Origin: Pseudomonadota bacterium
GTDB taxonomy: Bacteria > UBA10199 > 2-02-FULL-44-16 > DYJF01
Assembly (NCBI GenBank): GCA_043823065.1
Contig: JBDRBB010000009.1
Coordinates: 64,001 to 128,000, forward strand
Direction: 5' to 3'
Length of the DNA stretch: 64,000 nucleotides
Part shown: positions 57,692 through 64,000 of the stretch, piece by piece
Position numbering within the stretch: the first letter of the stretch is position 1
Layout of the letters: each line of letters begins with the position of its first letter
Made by a program: the position numbers and the translations under genes
The notes under the pieces: model-generated
Told to the model about the DNA's origin: nothing
The model's input: the letters and a program-made list of their open reading frames with translations, nothing else
Database searches by the model: none

Positions 57692-58129
57692 ATGAAAGAA
57701 TTTCAGATTGTTTCTATAAATATTAGTAAAACTAAAGGTGAAAAGAAAAAACCTGTTGCCGAGGTTGAATTAAAAGTTGATCTTGGCCTTGTTGGAGATG
57801 GCCATGCAGGTCTTTGGCATCGCCAGGTTTCTCTTCTTGGTACTGAAAGCATTGCTAAAATTCAAGCCAAAGGTTTGGCTGTAAACCCTGGTGATTTTGC
57901 TGAAAATATTACTACAGAAGGAATTGAGCTTTTTTCTTTGCCAATAGGTACGCGTCTAAAATTAGGGAAACAAGCTGAAGTTGAAATAACTCAGATTGGC
58001 AAGAAATGTCATCAAGGGTGTGCCATTTTAAAACAAACTGGCGACTGTGTAATGCCCAGAGAGGGGGTGTTTGCTAAAGTCGTTAAGAGCGGAAAACTTA
58101 TGAAGGGAGCTGTAGGGAAAATATTATGA
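57692..58129 (+). CDS. MOSC domain protein
   Basis: GDGHAG.WHRQVSLL, PGDFAENIT, TQIGKKCH, CVMPREGVF. Confidence 0.92.
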   Translation: MKEFQIVSINISKTKGEKKKPVAEVELKVDLGLVGDGHAGLWHRQVSLLGTESIAKIQAKGLAVNPGDFAENITTEGIELFSLPIGTRLKLGKQAEVEITQIGKKCHQGCAILKQTGDCVMPREGVFAKVVKSGKLMKGAVGKIL

Positions 58130-58169
58130 AAATTCCAAGATACAAGAAACAATAACCAAACAATTTCCA

Positions 58170-58691
58170 ATGACCAAATTACAAAATAACAATAAACTAA
58201 AGTTGAAAGTCGGTATCGTTACTATAAGTGACAGAGCAAGCCAAGGAACCTATGAAGACCTAAGCGGACCAGCCCTAAAAGAAGCCTTAACTGAATTTTT
58301 AAGCGAACACGAAGTTGAGTATGATTTAAAAATTATTGCTGATGAAGCAGCGCAAATTAAAAGTACATTAGAAAACTTTATTGCTAAGGATGTTGATTTT
58401 ATTTTTACTACAGGCGGTACAGGCCTTGGTCCGCGTGATCTAACTCCTGAGGTTACCAAAGAAGTTGTTGAAAAAGAACTGCCAGGTATTGCGGAAAGTT
58501 TGCGCGCTCATTCCTTGCAGTTTACCAAAAATGCCATGCTTTCCAGGGCAACTGCTGGCTTGAAAAATAATACTTTAATTGTTAATCTTCCGGGCAGTCC
58601 AAAAGCTGTCAAACAAATGATTTTCTATCTTGGCCCAACTTTAGTGCATGCTTATTATATGATCAGGGGGATTGATGCCCATAAAAACTGA
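58170..58691 (+). CDS. mogA: Molybdopterin adenylyltransferase (MogA/MoaB)
   Basis: TISDRAS...DLSGP, TTGGTGLGPRDLTPE, LSR, NLPGSPKA. Confidence 0.9.
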   Translation: MTKLQNNNKLKLKVGIVTISDRASQGTYEDLSGPALKEALTEFLSEHEVEYDLKIIADEAAQIKSTLENFIAKDVDFIFTTGGTGLGPRDLTPEVTKEVVEKELPGIAESLRAHSLQFTKNAMLSRATAGLKNNTLIVNLPGSPKAVKQMIFYLGPTLVHAYYMIRGIDAHKN

Positions 58692-59880
58692 TATTGCCAT
58701 TATTGGCGGCGGGATTGTTGGTTTGGCAACTGCCTATGCCCTTTCTAAAAGTAGTCATAAATCTGTTGTTGTTTTAGAAAAAGAAAATCAAGTTGCTGCC
58801 CATCAAACAGGCAACAATAGTGGGGTGATACATTCTGGGTTGTATTACAAGCCCGGTTCTTTGAAAGCTCAAAACTGCGCGCAAGGCAGACAAGCTTTGT
58901 ATGAATTTTGCCAAGAATATAATATTAGCCATGAGCGTTGCGGCAAAGTTATTGTGGCCACCAAAGAAGATGAACTGCCAAGATTAGAGCAGTTAAGACA
59001 ACGGGGCGAAGCAAATGGATTAAAAGGTATTAGTCTTTTAACCGCAGAACAAATCAAAGAACATGAACCACATGCAGCTGGACTGGCTGGCTTGTTGGTG
59101 CCAGACACAGGTATTGTGGATTTTATTGAAGTAACCAAAAAAATGGCCAAATTAGTGCAGCAAAAAAATGGCACTGTGTTTACTAAGGCCAAAGTCCATA
59201 AAATTATTAATAGAAAAGAAGGTTTGTTTTTAGAAACCAGCGGAGCAGAAATTCAAACGGATTTTTTAATTAATTGTGCAGGCCTGCAATCTGACCGAGT
59301 GGCTAGAATGTGCGGTGTTGATCCTGAAATGAGAATTGTGCCTTTTCGCGGTGAGTATTATAAATTAATTCCAGAGCGCCAGTATTTGATAAAAAATTTG
59401 ATTTATCCAGTACCAGATCCCCAATTTCCATTTTTAGGCGTGCATTTTACACGAATGATAGCTGGCGGAGTGGAAGCAGGCCCCAATGCAGTGTTTGCCT
59501 TTAAGCGCGAAGGTTATCATAAAACCAGTATTTCTGTTAAAGATCTGCTGGAATCTATTGCCTATCCAGGTTTTTGGAAGATGAGCCTCAAACATTGGCA
59601 AATGGGCGTGGGTGAATTCTATCGTTCATTTTGCAAATTTGCTTTTGTCAAAGCTCTGCAAAGATTATTGCCAGAAATTACCACCAAAGATGTTCATACC
59701 GGAGGAGCTGGTGTTAGGGCCCAGGCTATTGATAACACTGGTTTTCTAATAGATGATTTTTGTATTAAACAAGCTCCCAGAATGATCCACGTCCTAAATG
59801 CTCCTTCTCCAGCAGCCACAGCCTGCATAAGTATTGGTGAAAAAATTGCTGAGATGGCTAAGCAAAGCTGGGAGATCTAA
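58675..59880 (+). CDS. lhgO: L-2-hydroxyglutarate oxidase
   Basis: GGGIVGLA, HQTGNNSGVIHSGLYY, PFRGEYY, IYPVPDP.FPFLGVHFT, NAPSPAAT. Confidence 0.93.
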   Translation: MPIKTDIAIIGGGIVGLATAYALSKSSHKSVVVLEKENQVAAHQTGNNSGVIHSGLYYKPGSLKAQNCAQGRQALYEFCQEYNISHERCGKVIVATKEDELPRLEQLRQRGEANGLKGISLLTAEQIKEHEPHAAGLAGLLVPDTGIVDFIEVTKKMAKLVQQKNGTVFTKAKVHKIINRKEGLFLETSGAEIQTDFLINCAGLQSDRVARMCGVDPEMRIVPFRGEYYKLIPERQYLIKNLIYPVPDPQFPFLGVHFTRMIAGGVEAGPNAVFAFKREGYHKTSISVKDLLESIAYPGFWKMSLKHWQMGVGEFYRSFCKFAFVKALQRLLPEITTKDVHTGGAGVRAQAIDNTGFLIDDFCIKQAPRMIHVLNAPSPAATACISIGEKIAEMAKQSWEI

Positions 59881-60481
59881 ATCTTTTTCTTTCTCTTAAG
59901 TGTGACCAAAGATCGGCAATGGTTTTCATGACAATTAAGGCTATTAACAAATAGATGGGTTGGCCTAGAAAAATTACCGGCCCCATACCAAAGGCCAAAG
60001 TTAAATGCATCACAAACACCCGACGGTAAGGTTCAATGACCGGGTCCTGGCCTCTTTCAACATTTCTTTCATTTTTTAGCAGATAATTGAAAATAAAAGA
60101 ATAGCCATGGCTCAAGATAAAGAAAAGCAGGGCATATCTTAGCATATAGGCTAGCTCCAGAGGATCCACTTTGACCTTGAATAACTCCAATACAATATAG
60201 TAAAGCGCTACCCCAATTGCTGCTATAAAACCGCCAAAATGGATAATGAAAAATGCGCAACCCAGCACACGCATGAACTTGGTGAGTATAAGGCGCCAGC
60301 CCTGATCATCGTCTTTGGCTAAAAATATTTTAAGTAGACTGTAAAAACCGATAATTACAGTTTCTGCCCAATACAAAAATAGAACATCGATTAAATCCCA
60401 GCCAAAGAAAAGCACCCCAGCTAGCGGCACAGCATTGGCAGTGAGCAAAAAATAAATGGAAGTTGGATAACTTTTTTTCAT
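59858..60481 (-). CDS. Membrane protein (DUF6498-like)
   Basis: ANAVPLAGVLFFGW, LYWAE, FFIIHFGGF, PYRRVFVMH. Confidence 0.78.
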   Translation of the reverse strand: MKKSYPTSIYFLLTANAVPLAGVLFFGWDLIDVLFLYWAETVIIGFYSLLKIFLAKDDDQGWRLILTKFMRVLGCAFFIIHFGGFIAAIGVALYYIVLELFKVKVDPLELAYMLRYALLFFILSHGYSFIFNYLLKNERNVERGQDPVIEPYRRVFVMHLTLAFGMGPVIFLGQPIYLLIALIVMKTIADLWSHLRERKRFRSPSFA

Positions 60482-60486
60482 TTTGT

Positions 60487-60520
60487 TCCGTTCGCCCTGA
60501 GCAAAGTCGAAGGGTGAACG
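60487..60520. repeat. Family A unit
   Basis: CCGTTCGCCCTGAGCAAAGTCGAAGGGTGAACG. Confidence 0.78.
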
Positions 60521-60532
60521 CCCTGGAGAGGT

Positions 60533-61714
60533 TTACGCGTATAACCTTATGATTTTGATAATGCTATCTTTATAGATGGTTTTTTTGCCGATAGGCACAA
60601 TCATTAATCCTTGGGCCTTGCTCAAAGAATAAAGATCGCCAGAACCCATATGCTTGATTGGTTCAACTTTATTTTGCTCAACGTATTTGACAGGATAATA
60701 AAGCTCGCGTTCAGTGCGGCTGCGTTCAAAAGTTGTGCTCAGTTTATGTTCGCAGATTTGATGCCTAAAATTATACCCCATCATTTTATATAAGCCAGGA
60801 AGGGCAAATAAATAAAAACAGGTAAATACAGAAACTGGGTTTCCTGGGAAACAAAAAATAGGTTTATCTTTGTAAGTAGCAAAGGTTAAGGGTTTGCCAG
60901 GTTGAATAGAAACTTGATTAAAATGAATCTGGCAGCCCATCTCCTTTAATAAATCATAAATAAAATCATACTCGCCAACAGAAACTCCACCTGTGAAAAA
61001 TACCACATCATGATTTTTAAGAACACGCTCAAAGGTTTTTTGAAGGGCTGAAAAAGAATCTTTGGCACGTCTGGCTGTGTTTTTAGTAAAGCCAAGCTTA
61101 TCTAGCAAAGAAGTTAAGAGTGGACCATTGCTATCATAAATCTTTCCAGCCTGATATTTTTGGCCTGGGCCTAGAAGTTCGCTGCCTGTAACAATAATTC
61201 CAACTCTGGGCTGCTCATAGACCTTAATATTTTTTTGGCCAGTAAAAGAAATATTAGAGAGCATAACAGGGGTGATTAGCTCACCTTTAGAAAAAAGTTT
61301 GCTACCTTTTTTTATATCTTCACCTTGATAGCAAATATTATCTTTAGAAGTATTTTTAGTAACTTTGATTTGATCTTCTTCAAGCTCACGAGCATGTTCC
61401 TTCATAATAACTTGGCCAGTATTAGGCGGAATCATGGCGCCAGTCATAATTTTAATGGCCGTGCCTTTGCTGATTTTTTTTAAGTAAATTTGGCCGGCAG
61501 CAACTTCGCCAACAACTTTAAATTCAGCGCTAGTGTCTCCTTTAGCAATTGCATACCCATCCATGGCAGATTTGCTAAAAGGAGGGAAGTCTAAAGGTGT
61601 GGTAATGTCTTGGGCTAGCACGTGATTTAAGGATTTAGCCAAAGTTGTATTGGTGGTTAAAAGTTGTTTTATATTTTTTAAGATTAATTCAAGTGCTTTA
61701 TTGCTAGTGATCAT
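60533..61714 (-). CDS. moeA: Molybdopterin molybdotransferase
   Basis: PPFSKSAMDGYA, IMTGA, TGSEL, YDSN, TGGVSVG, PGKP, PGNPVS. Confidence 0.95.
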   Translation of the reverse strand: MITSNKALELILKNIKQLLTTNTTLAKSLNHVLAQDITTPLDFPPFSKSAMDGYAIAKGDTSAEFKVVGEVAAGQIYLKKISKGTAIKIMTGAMIPPNTGQVIMKEHARELEEDQIKVTKNTSKDNICYQGEDIKKGSKLFSKGELITPVMLSNISFTGQKNIKVYEQPRVGIIVTGSELLGPGQKYQAGKIYDSNGPLLTSLLDKLGFTKNTARRAKDSFSALQKTFERVLKNHDVVFFTGGVSVGEYDFIYDLLKEMGCQIHFNQVSIQPGKPLTFATYKDKPIFCFPGNPVSVFTCFYLFALPGLYKMMGYNFRHQICEHKLSTTFERSRTERELYYPVKYVEQNKVEPIKHMGSGDLYSLSKAQGLMIVPIGKKTIYKDSIIKIIRLYA

Positions 61715-62303
61715 TATTATACCTATTTAAATCTTTCTCAGTGTTAATGTTAATAAATGATTTTAAATCTGGATCAATCTTTCTTACCTCTTGTTCACTA
61801 ATAATTTTTGCTCTAGTATTTTCAGAAACAGCAGTAACACTTTTCTTTCCTTTAGGGCTTGCTAGCATTTCTGCAATTTTTTCTAAACTAGATTTAGCGT
61901 AAAAACCAAACAAGGGCTGAATAGTGTTATTTATCATAGCTACTACTGTTTCATAATCCTTGGTAAACTGGGCAAAATAATCAACTAGTTGGGGAATAAA
62001 ATAAGGCATATCCACAGCAGTCACAAAATTAATATTAGTTGAAGAAGCTTTTAGTCCAGAATATAAGCCAAATAAAGGGCCCTGTTGTTTTTGTTCATCT
62101 TGGATAATTGCTACTTCAGATAAATGCTGATATAATTCAGGTTTATTGGTTACCAAAATTAATTGTTCAAATTGAGAATTTAGCTGATTAATTTTTCTTT
62201 GAACAAGCTGCTCACCTTGAATCTCAAGCAATCCCTTTTCAACATAACCCAGTCGAGAACCTAACCCACCAGAAAGAATTATTGTAGATTGTTTGTTAGT
62301 CAT
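61704..62303 (-). CDS. mobA: Molybdenum cofactor guanylyltransferase
   Basis: ILSGGLGSRLG..K, GPLFG, AVDMP, QPL, FININT. Confidence 0.9.
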   Translation of the reverse strand: MTNKQSTIILSGGLGSRLGYVEKGLLEIQGEQLVQRKINQLNSQFEQLILVTNKPELYQHLSEVAIIQDEQKQQGPLFGLYSGLKASSTNINFVTAVDMPYFIPQLVDYFAQFTKDYETVVAMINNTIQPLFGFYAKSSLEKIAEMLASPKGKKSVTAVSENTRAKIISEQEVRKIDPDLKSFININTEKDLNRYNNDH

Positions 62304-62320
62304 TTATTTTATATTATAAT

Positions 62321-62383
62321 TCATGCTTCGACAGGCTCAGCATGAACGGAAATATCCGTTCACCCTGAGCTTGTCGAAGGGTG
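62321..62383. repeat. Family A doublet
   Basis: CATGCTTCGACAGGCTCAGCATGAACGG...CCGTTCACCCTGAGCTTGTCGAAGGG. Confidence 0.85.
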
Positions 62384-62395
62384 GGCGAAATAAAA

Positions 62396-62860
62396 TTAAA
62401 AGCATCCGAGCTGGCATTTCTGTACCTTAATTTTTAGCTTATTTAACAATTGGCCAAACTTAGCTCTTTCCAGACCAATGCGTCCAGCTAAAATGAAAGC
62501 CTGCTGGCAATCAACCTTGGTTCCCACAACTAAATGCGAGCGGATTTGCAATTCCTTAGCATCTTCTCTGGGTTTTTCAGGCTCGCCATCCACAAAAATT
62601 GCCAAATCTGGTTTAAAGGTTTTCAAAAGCGCATTACCTTCAATTAATAGATATTCAGGCTCTTGGGATAGGGCTGCTTTTATTTGTGCCAAAGTAGAAT
62701 TACTAGGCAAGAGCAACTCTTCCTTGTTTTTATCTTCAGCTTCTTTTTTACCTAATTTCACGGAAATGCTGTTTGGGAAAAAAGCCTTTAATGACCTTAA
62801 AACCGTGGTTTTCCCGACTTTACTGCCTGCTCCAGCTATAATAATCACTTTCATCATCAA
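62396..62860 (-). CDS. Small P-loop (MobB-like) protein fused to a C-terminal CQLGCF domain
   Basis: GAGSKVGKTT, LLIEGN; C-terminal CQQAF...KIKVQKCQLGCF; first gene of the mobA-moeA unit. Confidence 0.72.
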   Translation of the reverse strand: MMMKVIIIAGAGSKVGKTTVLRSLKAFFPNSISVKLGKKEAEDKNKEELLLPSNSTLAQIKAALSQEPEYLLIEGNALLKTFKPDLAIFVDGEPEKPREDAKELQIRSHLVVGTKVDCQQAFILAGRIGLERAKFGQLLNKLKIKVQKCQLGCF

Positions 62861-63084
62861 ATCTCCCTGCTAAGCATAAAATTGATAAATTTGTATAAGT
62901 GGCTAAAGGCGGTATTGTCAATGGGTTTCAAGCCCCATTGACTACCATTATCTTAAAATGACAACTTTTTTATTTATTATCCAATCATAACTTATGGAAT
63001 CTGCTATTAATTTAACATGTCGTGCTTGGCAATATTTTTGCTGTAAATTATCTGTGGTGATTAATAAATCATAAGGGATTATTT

Positions 63085-63500
63085 ATGAAAAATAAAATTG
63101 TAATTATTCTGATTGCCCTTTTAGAGATATCCTGTTTCCCTAAATGCGATTACTGTTGCGAAAAATTCAATAAATAATATATTCATTGGCAACTTCATTT
63201 CCAGCGCCATTCTCCCTGGCAGCTTGCCTGTTTCGGATTCGGCAGGAGAACTAAGCACGACAAGAAATTGGCATTTTGATAGTGGCATCACTGGATATAA
63301 AAAAATCTCACCATCCCGGATTCCTTGGTACGAGATCATCACCTCCAGGTGAGGATTCTACATGGCAGCCTGGTGATATTATTATCAACTCAACTCCTGC
63401 ATCTCCCTTTGGTTGGGTTTGCTCAGAAAAAAGTTCAGCAAACACCCCATGTGTTTGGCAGGCAATATCTCCAGCTAATAGAGGAAATAACCAACAATGA
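63085..63500 (+). pseudogene. Frameshifted remnant of an exported protein
   Basis: Signal-like start at 63085, continuation NAITVAKNS in the next frame, then TWQPGDIIINSTP...GWVC in the third frame. Confidence 0.45.
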
Positions 63501-63604
63501 TCACTCTCATTACTTACCTCTAATTATTGTGGCAGTAGCAGGTTTCTTTGCTTTGTTAGGTGCTGGTGTAGAGGCTATGATTGCACTTAAATCTATTGTA
63601 AGAA

Positions 63605-63680
63605 ACTGTCATTAAATGACAGTATTTTACGTAAAAATCATATAATTATGTTTGACACTGTCACAAAATGACAGTATTAT
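63605..63680 (+). promoter_or_regulatory. Promoter with two palindromic operators upstream of the AbiEi-like gene
   Basis: ACTGTCA-N5-TGACAGT at 63605-63623 and 63657-63675; TTGACA(63652)-N17-TATTAT(63675). Confidence 0.8.
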
Positions 63681-63687
63681 ACATAAT

Positions 63688-64000
63688 ATGTCAAGAATCA
63701 TTGATCAAATCAAAGAGCATATTCCCTACGATGTTTTTTCAGATACAGAAATTTGTAATCTTTTTCCAGGCAGCTCTGATAGTCGTTTTGCCTTAATCAA
63801 AAGAGCCATTGCCGCAAATGAAATTATTCATCTAAGAAGAGGTTTATATCATTTAAGCAAGAATTATTGTCGATCTTCAATCAACAAATTTGTCATTGCC
63901 CAAAAAATTTATGGACCATCCTACATCAGTTTTGAATCAGCTCTTGCTTATTATGGATTGATTCCCGAAGATGTTGTTACAATTACTTCTGCTTGTCTAA
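63688..64000 (+). CDS. AbiEi-type (type IV toxin-antitoxin) antitoxin/regulator, 3'-truncated; absent from ORF track
   Basis: MSRIIDQIKEH...IIHLRRGLY...IYGPSYISFESALAYYGLIPE..TITS, open to the window end. Confidence 0.85.
   Translation, partial: MSRIIDQIKEHIPYDVFSDTEICNLFPGSSDSRFALIKRAIAANEIIHLRRGLYHLSKNYCRSSINKFVIAQKIYGPSYISFESALAYYGLIPEDVVTITSACL

Noticed and set aside
62917..62942. Hairpin GTCAATGGG/CCCATTGAC as terminator or riboswitch
   Set aside because: Lies between divergent units, lacks a T-tract and overlaps -35-like hexamers; function cannot be supported

Overview
AT-rich chromosomal window from a Gram-negative bacterium, probably an anaerobic or microaerotolerant deltaproteobacteria-like lineage (inferred from gene content). 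Main contents: 3' part of rng; a PerR/Fur-led oxidative-stress operon (rbr, tpx, dfx, ferritins, 2-oxoacid:ferredoxin oxidoreductase, flavin reductase, rubredoxin, fprA, mutM); housekeeping genes (L,D-transpeptidase, tadA, hinT, mfd, foldases, pdxA, phosphomannomutase, uvrA, carbamate kinase, tRNA-Leu, PBP1A); a group 3b [NiFe] hydrogenase converging on an apbE-rnfEABCDG operon; a Moco biosynthesis cluster; and, at the right edge, decayed ORFs and the start of an AbiEi-type antitoxin with its operator. Most unusual signals: an in-frame TAG at a conserved Gln of uvrA; a tandem pair of ApbE-fold proteins lacking catalytic motifs; a HisA-fold protein lacking catalytic motifs; an atypical Rnf gene order with two duplicated Cys/His-motif membrane proteins attached; several intergenic palindromic repeat families, one of which supplies stop codons and C-terminal tails of genes; nested MITE-like elements; recurrent leaderless-type promoters; and a tRNA abutting the PBP1A start codon. 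All calls come from reading motifs by eye; no database searches were run.
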